Source: a virus
Taxonomy: Duplodnaviria > Caudoviricetes
Reading direction: 5' to 3' (one strand)
DNA: 58,184 nucleotides
Virus record (IMG/VR): IMGVR_UViG_3300025862_000141
Coordinates: 1-58,184 of that record
Positions within the stretch are counted from its first letter, which is position 1; each line of letters begins with the position of its first letter. The position numbers and the translations under genes were made by a program. Below, piece after piece: positions 45,091-53,782 of this stretch. Under the pieces are notes generated by a model. That model saw only the letters and a list, made by a program, of their open reading frames with translations. It searched no databases and was not told the DNA's origin.

Positions 45091-45928
45091 ACACAAATCT
45101 AAAAGCCAAAAGCGGCGGCGAGCCGAACGGCGCAAAAAGAACAAGTCTGGTGATACCGAACTGATTGCTTGGCTCCACGATAAATCATCACGTAAAGAAT
45201 TTAATGGGCGTAGTGCCCATGAGGTCTTTGCTGAGGTAGGGCTTAAGACTGTCAGTGCGTTACGTGACTTTTTAGCAGAGCCCGATATGCAAGCGTATTT
45301 AAAGATTAGTGCGCTTAAGAACGGTGAGTCGGTTCAAGTTAAACTTCGTGGTGTTGAATACATGGCGTTTAATGATGAGGGGCGGTTACGCATTACGGAC
45401 GATGTGGACATGTTTAAGCGAGTTAATGTGGCATTTGATAGTGTGGTGCCTACATTTAAGAACGCCGGCGATATTCAAACGTGGATACGGGGTTTGCCAA
45501 AGTGGGCTACTGGTTCTGAAGCAGATGAATCATTGAAGCGTATGTTACCTGCTGGTGAAATCGTTAAGGATAAGCCTAGTGTATTAGAGTGGATAGATAA
45601 AAAGGTTCCGGCAGAGTCCGTAGCTATTGTTCCAGCCAAGAGTGTTCCAATTCCATCTGGTGACCGACGTAAAGTAAATGGGCATACGGTTGTGGATGCT
45701 GTAGTTGAGTGTAAGATTCTGCAACAGTATATGAATGGGGTTCGTGAACATTTGCCAAAAGGCGTTGTGTTTGGGCAAGACTTCAAAGCATCAACGGCTA
45801 TGGTGGGTATGAATACGGCACATGTGCATTGGTACGCGCTTACTGATGCTGGTGACCGATGGTTAGATGCTATGACAAATAATTTGACGTTGCCTGTAGG
45901 TACGAAACAGATTGGAGAATCTAGATGA
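45083..45928 (+). CDS. Hypothetical protein with a very basic N-terminus
   Basis: MAKHKSKSQKRRRAERRKK; 281 aa. Confidence 0.65.
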   Translation: MAKHKSKSQKRRRAERRKKNKSGDTELIAWLHDKSSRKEFNGRSAHEVFAEVGLKTVSALRDFLAEPDMQAYLKISALKNGESVQVKLRGVEYMAFNDEGRLRITDDVDMFKRVNVAFDSVVPTFKNAGDIQTWIRGLPKWATGSEADESLKRMLPAGEIVKDKPSVLEWIDKKVPAESVAIVPAKSVPIPSGDRRKVNGHTVVDAVVECKILQQYMNGVREHLPKGVVFGQDFKASTAMVGMNTAHVHWYALTDAGDRWLDAMTNNLTLPVGTKQIGESR

Positions 45929-47115
45929 GCCGTATTATTGCGCTAGTTCGAGAAAAGAACAGTCTCAAATATTTGCAGCGTTTAACCAAACAACTTATGT
46001 CTATAGCTGATATGACTATCATCTTGGATGACCATTCCACCGATGGGTCCTATGAGTGGTTACGTGCCTATGCTACGGCAACAACCAATTTTTTAGTGGT
46101 TCGGCAACCAGTTATGGATTACAACGGTGGGCGCGACTGGAATGTGTTGCATGACTTGGCTGGAAAGTATTCACCAGATTGGATTTTTTGTATTGATGCA
46201 GATGAATTGGTTGAGGAATCTTGCATAGATGATATTCGTAAACTCGTAAGCCAGTCAGGCAGCGATATTCTTGGTTGGTCTTTTCCCTTCTACTATCTTT
46301 GGAATAGCGAACACACATACCGTAACACAGGTAAATACCATAATACCAAGGTTATTCGGCTCTACCGATATGATCCTGAACGTCGTCCCCCGAACCGGCC
46401 TAGTCATTCAACGGGTGTTCCTGATGAATTAGATCGGCGGTTGATTTATGTGGCAACTACGCGCATCCTTCATTATGGGTATATGGATAAAGCGGATAGA
46501 GTGGCCAAGTACAAATTTTATACAGAGCGTGATGCTGATCCTATGGCTGCGGGGTCAGGGGGTAAAGATTACGAACACCTTATTGAAGAAAATCCAGATG
46601 TGGTAGAGATGGTATCAGTTGAAGCATGGACATCTTCTTATGGACGATCTGGTAATTTTCTTCTTCGTGCACCTGGTCGTATTGTCGTTGGTAGTACATT
46701 TCCCACCGCAGATAGTTTTGAGAAATCAATGGAGTTGAGATCATTCCCACCTAATGCGCTTGATGAAGTTCGGTTGTACTATGTGCTTGATGAACAAAGT
46801 ATTCCATTTGCCAAAGAAACAATTGAAACTGCGGTACGTGTGTTGCGTCCTGGTGGGCGTATTGAAGTGATAACAACGGATTATGTAGGACTCTGTGCTG
46901 AGTTTCAGTCAGAACGAATTGCTCGTGATCTGTTAGAGCCCAGGTTTACTAGTACACCAACGCGTAATCCCATAAATACGATTTGGTACGAGAATAAGTT
47001 AGCTCCGTTACTTTTAGAGGCAGGACTTGAAAACGTGCAACGTGTGCCTGTTGTCACATCGCCAGTTCGGTTACAGTTGATTGGGTTTAAGCCTGGGGAG
47101 AATCAATGGCATTGA
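45925..47115 (+). CDS. GT2-like glycosyltransferase fused to a methyltransferase-like C-terminal domain
   Basis: ILDDHSTDGS, CIDADE and ILHYGY; C-terminal ALDEV..YVL...RVLRPGGRI. Confidence 0.82.
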   Translation: MSRIIALVREKNSLKYLQRLTKQLMSIADMTIILDDHSTDGSYEWLRAYATATTNFLVVRQPVMDYNGGRDWNVLHDLAGKYSPDWIFCIDADELVEESCIDDIRKLVSQSGSDILGWSFPFYYLWNSEHTYRNTGKYHNTKVIRLYRYDPERRPPNRPSHSTGVPDELDRRLIYVATTRILHYGYMDKADRVAKYKFYTERDADPMAAGSGGKDYEHLIEENPDVVEMVSVEAWTSSYGRSGNFLLRAPGRIVVGSTFPTADSFEKSMELRSFPPNALDEVRLYYVLDEQSIPFAKETIETAVRVLRPGGRIEVITTDYVGLCAEFQSERIARDLLEPRFTSTPTRNPINTIWYENKLAPLLLEAGLENVQRVPVVTSPVRLQLIGFKPGENQWH

Positions 47116-47516
47116 TGGAACGGTTTAGAAAATTGGTGTATTGGTTTCGGGGATGGCCAGCAGAACCGTTTATGGTACGAGCACGTCCGCGTTATGCGAT
47201 TAAAAATGGTGACACTATTGATATTAAAGTAGTTTGTCCGCGCTGTGAAGTGTATTGGTCAGATGCTACTGTTGAATTTGGTGGGCCTATGACGCCTGCT
47301 TGTTTTCGAGTACATTCTGAATATAAGAGTACATCACGTATTCAAGTAGATACGCCGTTGGCGTGTGCCGCTTGTGGACATATCTATGAAAATCTGGACA
47401 TTCAAAATTTAATTGTAAATGTGTTGGATGACCAGAAACGAGATGAGGTTAACAAAAAAAATTATCGCGTGTTCGGGTCAGCATCCGATACGCAGGATCA
47501 TACATCACCGCGTTAA
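47106..47516 (+). CDS. Zinc-ribbon protein
   Basis: CPRC...CAACG. Confidence 0.6.
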   Translation: MALMERFRKLVYWFRGWPAEPFMVRARPRYAIKNGDTIDIKVVCPRCEVYWSDATVEFGGPMTPACFRVHSEYKSTSRIQVDTPLACAACGHIYENLDIQNLIVNVLDDQKRDEVNKKNYRVFGSASDTQDHTSPR

Positions 47517-47533
47517 ATATGTTATATTATGTT
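47516..47533 (+). promoter_or_regulatory. Fifth copy of the TATGTTATA motif
   Basis: AATATGTTATATTATGTT, an 18-bp match to the 2941 and 6489 copies. Confidence 0.6.
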
Positions 47534-47547
47534 ACAGATGGTGATGC

Positions 47548-48021
47548 GTGAGTGTTCCCGAACGTATTTGTGTGACATGTCATGTGAATTTGGTATTGAG
47601 TACGCGGAAATTTCCGCGATGTCGTCCATGTGAAGTTAAACGGCGTGCGGTGATGCGGGACGAGTTGAAAGCAAAAAGAATTGCGCGGTGTCGGTCAAAA
47701 GCGCAACGCACTAAATATAAGAGTAAAGTTGAATGGCGAGTACGTACCACCTTTATAAATAAGGCGTTGGTCACAAAACGAACGACGACAGATATTGTTC
47801 AAGATTTAATCTTGCTATACCCGGAGGAAGATATGAAGCGGCTACGCAATTTTGTCTATGTGCAACGGTTACGCGCACGAAAGCGTATGGATAATAGTCC
47901 GAGAGAGGAATCCATAGTTTTACCAGAACCTGTTATTCCCGAACAACAGACTGATTTATTTGCAGATAATCCGATGGAATTAGCAGAAGAATTTGTGGTT
48001 GATGGCGTAGGCGAAAACTAG
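47548..48021 (+). CDS. Basic zinc-finger protein with an acidic tail
   Basis: CVTC...CRPC; Arg/Lys-rich core; C-terminal QTDLF. Confidence 0.6.
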   Translation: MSVPERICVTCHVNLVLSTRKFPRCRPCEVKRRAVMRDELKAKRIARCRSKAQRTKYKSKVEWRVRTTFINKALVTKRTTTDIVQDLILLYPEEDMKRLRNFVYVQRLRARKRMDNSPREESIVLPEPVIPEQQTDLFADNPMELAEEFVVDGVGEN

Positions 48022-48029
48022 GAGGGTAT

Positions 48030-48194
48030 ATGAAAAATAAACGTTGGGTATTTTGTATTTGTAGTCATCTTGCCGAAACAGAACACAAAGGGATTATGGG
48101 GTCACCTGGACGAGAATGTTTAAAATGTGTTTGTGCACAAGCGGTTGCTGTTTTTGATGAGAAATTATTTAAACAACTACCACTTCGTGTATAG
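48030..48194 (+). CDS. 54-aa Cys/His microprotein (not in the ORF track)
   Basis: AGGAGG then ATG 48030; FCICSH...EH...ECLKCVC. Confidence 0.6.
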   Translation: MKNKRWVFCICSHLAETEHKGIMGSPGRECLKCVCAQAVAVFDEKLFKQLPLRV

Positions 48195-48211
48195 ATAAAC
48201 TAGGAGGGGAT

Positions 48212-48391
48212 ATGTGTAACGAATGTAGTTCACAAGATTACTTAGCTAAGATCGATGATTTGTTATCAGATTCATCATTTCGGTTTGCGGCAGATACATT
48301 AGAAGGGATACGGGAATGGGTTGAAGAACATGACCATATTACTGATAAACAAATTGACGCTGTGGAGAATATTGTAGGTAGTAGAGAATAG
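48212..48391 (+). CDS. 59-aa hypothetical protein (not in the ORF track)
   Basis: AGGAGG then ATG 48212; MCNECSSQDY...ITDKQIDAVENI; stop abuts the next ATG. Confidence 0.6.
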   Translation: MCNECSSQDYLAKIDDLLSDSSFRFAADTLEGIREWVEEHDHITDKQIDAVENIVGSRE

Positions 48392-48643
48392 ATGGCACGA
48401 AAAAAATCAGCGGTAATTCATAGGATGCACACTTGTTTTTCACATCCTACGCGTACAGCTATGTATTGGTTATACAAGGTTAAGTATGCGGGGAAATGGA
48501 TTGTGAGTGCTGGTTGGTGCGCAGAATGTTTTGATAATGGAGAACCAGAAGTATTGATATCTGCCCATGAAACCAAGAATGGGTTTGGACGACTTGCACG
48601 AATGGATACGGTGGTCGTTGGGCATTTGGCGAAATTTCGATAA
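48392..48643 (+). CDS. Hypothetical protein
   Basis: Abuts its neighbours; C..H...C..C. Confidence 0.5.
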   Translation: MARKKSAVIHRMHTCFSHPTRTAMYWLYKVKYAGKWIVSAGWCAECFDNGEPEVLISAHETKNGFGRLARMDTVVVGHLAKFR

Positions 48644-49122
48644 TGGACATGTTAATGACGTTGCCAGGTGTGACGAATACCCATTTGTATATTCATGATG
48701 ATGATAAAGTGCATTTTATAGATGGGCAACATCAGGCTTTTTATGGAAACGGGTCTGACGCTGATTTAGTATTAAACGAGCAGTGTGTTGAACTTTCAGG
48801 AAACGATGATGTGTATGAGGCGTGGCAGACTAAAGAACTTTTATCCGATCTTGATGTACCAGGAAACACCAATTTTGTGACCTTTCGCCAGAAATTCTTA
48901 CGTGAAAATTTAGAAGAAATGATTGGTAAGGTATTGAGCCCACGGCAATGGCAGGCGTTTAATGCTCGATATTTTATGAACTGTACACAACTTGAAATCG
49001 CCAAAATTCTTGGTGTGGGTGTAGGACGTAATAATGATCGGCGACAGAGATTGGTTCAACGAATTTTGTTTCAATGCCTAAAAAAGTTGCGAAAGAAATT
49101 GTTTGTGTTAAAGGAGTTGTAA
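48643..49122 (+). CDS. Sigma70 region-4-like HTH protein
   Basis: LSPRQWQAF.ARYF...TQLEIAKILGV...CLKKLRK. Confidence 0.7.
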   Translation: MDMLMTLPGVTNTHLYIHDDDKVHFIDGQHQAFYGNGSDADLVLNEQCVELSGNDDVYEAWQTKELLSDLDVPGNTNFVTFRQKFLRENLEEMIGKVLSPRQWQAFNARYFMNCTQLEIAKILGVGVGRNNDRRQRLVQRILFQCLKKLRKKLFVLKEL

Positions 49123-49376
49123 CATGGTGGAAGAAATATTGGAATCAGGAGCACAGGTAGCACTGATTATTGTGTTGTTATTTAGTGTTATTTTTCTGGG
49201 TAGTGCTCTCTGGCGAGTATGGCAATGATTCAGTTTAGTGAAATCGAATCGTTGCGACATACCGAATACAACAGTGATCCAGTCATTATGGAAATGTTAG
49301 ACACTATTGAAACGCTGTGGCAAGAGAAATTTGAATTGATGGATAAATTAGATAAACCGTGTAATGGATGTGGACA

Positions 49377-50045
49377 ATGACTGACGACCTGTTACCTATA
49401 ACACCATTAACAGATATGCCTGTACAGACTTCTGTATTGAAACCGAAACAGAGGCGTATTAAAAATACGACGACTGTACATTTTGCCGGGTATAAAGTGG
49501 TGTCGTCCGTTCATCGGCTTGATATCGAAAAATGGTTGATGCAAGATATTTCCGTTTTGGAAATTGAACGACGATTACGGGATCTTGGCGAGAACATCAG
49601 TCGAGCGACACTTGCAGCATATAAAGTTAATTATCTGAGCACATTAGACGAAAAAGCCAAGGCGGCGTTAGCTGAAACTGTTGCTGTTGATCGTGCCGCC
49701 GAAGACAGTATGGTTATTGGGGAACTGACCCATTCACGTATTAGCCGTGTTGAATCGTTGCGGCAGTTGATTACGATTACGGAAAGTAAGATTAAAGAAA
49801 TGACGGGCAAAGAATCGAAAGATATGATGGCGTTCGGAAGTTATCTTGACCGATTGGCAAAGTTACGCGGTGAACTGGAAACTGTTGACCAGTTATCCGA
49901 AGTTGAACGGGAACGGACTAAAGGCATTATGACCGTTGCTAAGTGTGCCCTTAAGTATTTAAAGGGGCGTGATGTGGACGCACATCGGTTTATTTCAGAA
50001 GTAGCGGCGATACGAAATCGGAAGGATATGCCCACCGATGGATGA
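49377..50045 (+). CDS. Putative terminase small subunit
   Basis: HTH-like segment plus coiled coil; overlaps the start of the large terminase. Call rests on position. Confidence 0.55.
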   Translation: MTDDLLPITPLTDMPVQTSVLKPKQRRIKNTTTVHFAGYKVVSSVHRLDIEKWLMQDISVLEIERRLRDLGENISRATLAAYKVNYLSTLDEKAKAALAETVAVDRAAEDSMVIGELTHSRISRVESLRQLITITESKIKEMTGKESKDMMAFGSYLDRLAKLRGELETVDQLSEVERERTKGIMTVAKCALKYLKGRDVDAHRFISEVAAIRNRKDMPTDG

Positions 50046-53000
50046 TACGGAAGCATTGTTAAAAACAGAATACTCGAACTTGTGTCTGGATGTTGAAGAT
50101 ACACCTTGGTTGGAACAGCCAGTTCCATTTGCTGAATTCGTTATCAGTAAAGAGCACATGAATTTTCCTCCGTTGTCACCAAAACAAATGGAAGCATCGT
50201 TAGCTATTCTTGGTGAGAATCCGCTTGAAATGTTTGATGCAACTAAACGTAAATTTTTGGTGAGCTGTTGCATGTGGGGTAAAGGATCTCTAGCTGAAGA
50301 CGAATTGTTCTCAGATGCCAAGACAGGTGTTGAACGAACGATTGCAGAATGGGCGGAGATCAATAGACCTATCAATGTGCGGACTTATGATTTCCAAAGT
50401 AAGGCCATAAAGATTGTATCCATTGATGCGCCCGTTCTTGAAGATGTGGGCGAGATTCTTGAAGTGTTCACAGATAATCATGAACGGGTTCGTGTTAACA
50501 CCGAACATAAATTTTGGAGTAATAAGAACGATTGGGTACGGGCTGGTGATTTAAAGCCAAATGACGTACTTGGAAGTACCATGGGCCTCCCGTTGCTCAT
50601 GGAAGTAAAGACAGTGCGCGTCACAGGTATTCGTAAAGTAGGCCCAAAGCGATTTTATGGATTGACTGTACTCACCTATGGTAATTATGTTCACCAGAAT
50701 TTAATTCATAAGAATAGCGGCAAGGATAGTTTAGCGGCGTTGATTGTGTGTTACGTGGTATATGTTTTGCTTTGCTTAAAAGATCCCAACCAGCATATAA
50801 CTGGGCATCATATTGCGGATGAACCTATTGATATTGTTAACGTAGCGTATTCAGCAGATCAAGCCAACAATGTGTTTTTTACTAAATTACGTAGTCGAGT
50901 GAAAAATTGGAAATGGCTACGTAAACAATACAAGATGAAACAGTCCGGGCGTATTCTTGAAGCAAAAGATAAAAGTAAATTTCAAGAAGATGCAACAGAT
51001 AATACGGTTACTGTGTATCCAACGACGATCTTATTTCCGCATATGATTCGTGCATTTAGTCGGCATAGTTTATCGGAGAGTACCGAGGGCCTCAACATCG
51101 TGGCCTGGATTATGGACGAAGCGTGTTTTGAATATCGGCAACCGATTATATTGGCAGATGGAAGTAAACGTTGTATAGGTGATATTGTTAAAAATCAGGA
51201 AGATGTATCAGTTTTGTCTTATAACTTTAAAACTGAGAAGATCGAGGCTAAAAAAGTAGTAGCCTGGTATAAATTTGTTCCAAGAGATACACATTACTTG
51301 CGAGTACGCTGTAACGGATTTACTGGGTCTCGGACAAAAACAATTTTAGGAACCCCAAACCATCATATTTTTACTGATAATGGAGTGCGTCGTTTAGATG
51401 AGTTAGTGGTGGGGGATAATATTTATGGACGCGGTGTGTTTTTATCACAGAGACAGAAACAGATTCTTTACGGGTCATTACTTGGGGATGCGGGAATTTC
51501 ACATAGTGGCAATCTTACTTTTGTTCATGGGCAGGATCAGAAAGACTACTTAGATTTTAAAGTTAAGACGTTTTTCTCTATGGCTGGTGGGCAAGATCAG
51601 AGTAGGAGTGGGTACAAACCAAACAACATTGTTTATCGCGCTAGATGTTTTAAAACAGAAGATATCGCTGAGATACAACGTTTAGTCTATCCCAATGGTA
51701 AAAAGACGGTAACGAAAGAATGGGTAGATAAACTTGATCTACAGAGTTTAGCGTTTTGGTACTTGGACGACGGTTATTTGGCGAAGCGTACAAAGATTGT
51801 TCGTAATAAACCATATATCACTTACGTTGTTAGGATATGTGCGGCAGGGTTATCTCGTAAAGAAATTGATTTATTATACAAACGCATTCAGGAGTTTGGA
51901 TTTCGTGGCGGAATTGTACAGAAGCGCAAGTATTTTGAGCAGGATCGTGGATGGGATATTTATTTGAATCCGCATGATACTCGTCGATTCTTGCAGGCAG
52001 TATCTTCTTATATCCCAACGTGTATGCAGTACAAATCTATATATCCGTGTACAGGTTTAGCGTTTGACGATTCAATATCAGTTAAGTTGTTACCTGTGAC
52101 ATCAATCGAACCTATAAAAATTAAGAAATACGCAAAAGTGTATGACATAGAGGTTGCAGATAACCACAATTATTTTGCGGGTAATGTGTTGGTATCAAAT
52201 TCTGCCATGGCGGACGACACACAAAAAGCGAATGCCGATAAGTTGTATCAGATGCTTCGGTCATCGGCGCAATCACGGTTTGCTGGAAAATGGTTTGGCA
52301 TGGTTTTGAGTTGGCCGCGACATAAAGGTGATTTCACAATGCGTATGTATGCCGATGCGCAACAAGGAAAATTGCCCGATGTGTTTGCGAGTAAGGGTGC
52401 GACATGGGAAGTTAATCCCACAAAGACACGTGACGATTTTAAAGCAGAGTTAGATAATCCAGCAACAGCAACTGATGCTGCGGGTATGTATGAATGTAAC
52501 CCACCGCAACAGATTGAGGCGTTCTTTGATTTCCCTGAAAAGATAACAGTCTGTGTCAGTGGTCGTCCCCAAATTGCAGAATTCAATACCACATTAAATA
52601 CAGCACCTACGGGTGCAGTTCTGATTGGTAAGGTTATTAGTAAATTTAATATTTCGCGTCAGCCTGATACGCGTAGGTACGTGGCGCGGTGTGACCTTGG
52701 TGAAACGCGTGACATAGCGACACTCGCAATTGGACATCTTGAAGGGGTCATGGTCGTTGTTGATTTGTTGACGCATTGGAAAGCGGATCGTGTCAAAAAA
52801 ATTCCGGTAGACATTGATGATCCAGCTAATATTATTATTCAATTACGTGAAAAACTGATTCCAATTACTCATTGTTCGTTTGATCAATGGCAGTCAAGTT
52901 CTTCGATTAATCGGTTGAATCGTGCCAGTATTTTAACGGCTAAGTTAAGTCTTAATCTTGAAGACTATAAACTGTTTCGATCCTGTGTCTATAGCCAAAC

Positions 53001-53337
53001 TATTGATTTATTGAATTATCCATTACTGACAGACCCATCAACAGGTGAACTTGCAAACTTACGATTGATGAACGGAATTAAAGTTGACCACGATAGTTCA
53101 AATGCGAACGATTTGTCAGAAGCAGTGTGTGGTCTTGTCTCTATGCTTGTTGGGGCACGTAAAAATATTGACACAATGAAAGCGGCACAAGATATTCATC
53201 GTAATAATGAAACTAGTGCTGTCGGTAGTATATGGGCACCGGACGATGCAGGAGATCCGATGTTTGCTGGTAGTGTTCTTGGAGAAGGGGATCCGTTTGG
53301 CGATGATGGGTTTCAGGGCGTACGCGTTAAATTCTAG
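50038..53337 (+). CDS. terL: Terminase large subunit with two inteins (~597 aa after splicing)
   Basis: Spliced Walker A WGKG|SGKD and Walker B WIMDEA|S; nuclease RCDLG..RD, SFDQWQS and KVDH...NDLSEA. Confidence 0.9.
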   Translation: MDDTEALLKTEYSNLCLDVEDTPWLEQPVPFAEFVISKEHMNFPPLSPKQMEASLAILGENPLEMFDATKRKFLVSCCMWGKGSLAEDELFSDAKTGVERTIAEWAEINRPINVRTYDFQSKAIKIVSIDAPVLEDVGEILEVFTDNHERVRVNTEHKFWSNKNDWVRAGDLKPNDVLGSTMGLPLLMEVKTVRVTGIRKVGPKRFYGLTVLTYGNYVHQNLIHKNSGKDSLAALIVCYVVYVLLCLKDPNQHITGHHIADEPIDIVNVAYSADQANNVFFTKLRSRVKNWKWLRKQYKMKQSGRILEAKDKSKFQEDATDNTVTVYPTTILFPHMIRAFSRHSLSESTEGLNIVAWIMDEACFEYRQPIILADGSKRCIGDIVKNQEDVSVLSYNFKTEKIEAKKVVAWYKFVPRDTHYLRVRCNGFTGSRTKTILGTPNHHIFTDNGVRRLDELVVGDNIYGRGVFLSQRQKQILYGSLLGDAGISHSGNLTFVHGQDQKDYLDFKVKTFFSMAGGQDQSRSGYKPNNIVYRARCFKTEDIAEIQRLVYPNGKKTVTKEWVDKLDLQSLAFWYLDDGYLAKRTKIVRNKPYITYVVRICAAGLSRKEIDLLYKRIQEFGFRGGIVQKRKYFEQDRGWDIYLNPHDTRRFLQAVSSYIPTCMQYKSIYPCTGLAFDDSISVKLLPVTSIEPIKIKKYAKVYDIEVADNHNYFAGNVLVSNSAMADDTQKANADKLYQMLRSSAQSRFAGKWFGMVLSWPRHKGDFTMRMYADAQQGKLPDVFASKGATWEVNPTKTRDDFKAELDNPATATDAAGMYECNPPQQIEAFFDFPEKITVCVSGRPQIAEFNTTLNTAPTGAVLIGKVISKFNISRQPDTRRYVARCDLGETRDIATLAIGHLEGVMVVVDLLTHWKADRVKKIPVDIDDPANIIIQLREKLIPITHCSFDQWQSSSSINRLNRASILTAKLSLNLEDYKLFRSCVYSQTIDLLNYPLLTDPSTGELANLRLMNGIKVDHDSSNANDLSEAVCGLVSMLVGARKNIDTMKAAQDIHRNNETSAVGSIWAPDDAGDPMFAGSVLGEGDPFGDDGFQGVRVKF
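50287..50715 (+). mobile_element. Mini-intein (143 aa) in the terminase Walker A motif
   Basis: Starts SLAEDE; block B VNTEHKF; ends FYGLTV..YGNYVHQNLIHKN followed by Ser; no endonuclease domain. Confidence 0.85.
51124..52200 (+). mobile_element. Intein (359 aa) with a LAGLIDADG endonuclease, at the terminase Walker B motif
   Basis: Starts CFEY; TPNH; LYGSLLGDAG and AFWYLDDG; ends VYDIEVADNHNYFAGNVLVSN followed by Ser. Confidence 0.93.
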
Positions 53338-53345
53338 GAGGTTTT

Positions 53346-53561
53346 ATGATGTCATGGACACCAGTGAGTTCAAGTAATGTTGCAGAGGTAGGTTTTGATT
53401 CTGAGACAGGATCTATGGGTATGAAGTTTTTGAATGGGAGCGAGTATGAATACGACGATGTGCCGGCGGCTATCTATGAAGCGGTTAAAGACGCATCTAG
53501 TGTTGGTAGCACCTTTGCCCAATTGGTTAAGAATAATTATTCGTATCGAAAAGTAGCATAG
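53346..53561 (+). CDS. KTSC-domain protein
   Basis: VSSSNVAEVGFD...F.NGSEYEY.DVP..IY....A.SVG..F...VK. Confidence 0.88.
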   Translation: MMSWTPVSSSNVAEVGFDSETGSMGMKFLNGSEYEYDDVPAAIYEAVKDASSVGSTFAQLVKNNYSYRKVA

Positions 53562-53569
53562 GGGAAACG

Positions 53570-53782
53570 ATGGAAGTAATATATCTTTGCATATCCATAT
53601 GTTTTTTTGTCATTGTTGTTTTAATTACACCTTGGGCTATATTTTATTGTCCGTCTTGGTTGAACATTTTGCATTATTGGGATTGGTGTCTTAAGAAACA
53701 AGAGAATATGAAAAGTACACAGAATACCAAACATTGTTGTGAATGTGGCTGTGGTCACAGTTGGGTTATCAATGACAAATAA
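53570..53782 (+). CDS. Small membrane protein
   Basis: Hydrophobic N-terminus; CCECGCG. Confidence 0.5.
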   Translation: MEVIYLCISICFFVIVVLITPWAIFYCPSWLNILHYWDWCLKKQENMKSTQNTKHCCECGCGHSWVINDK

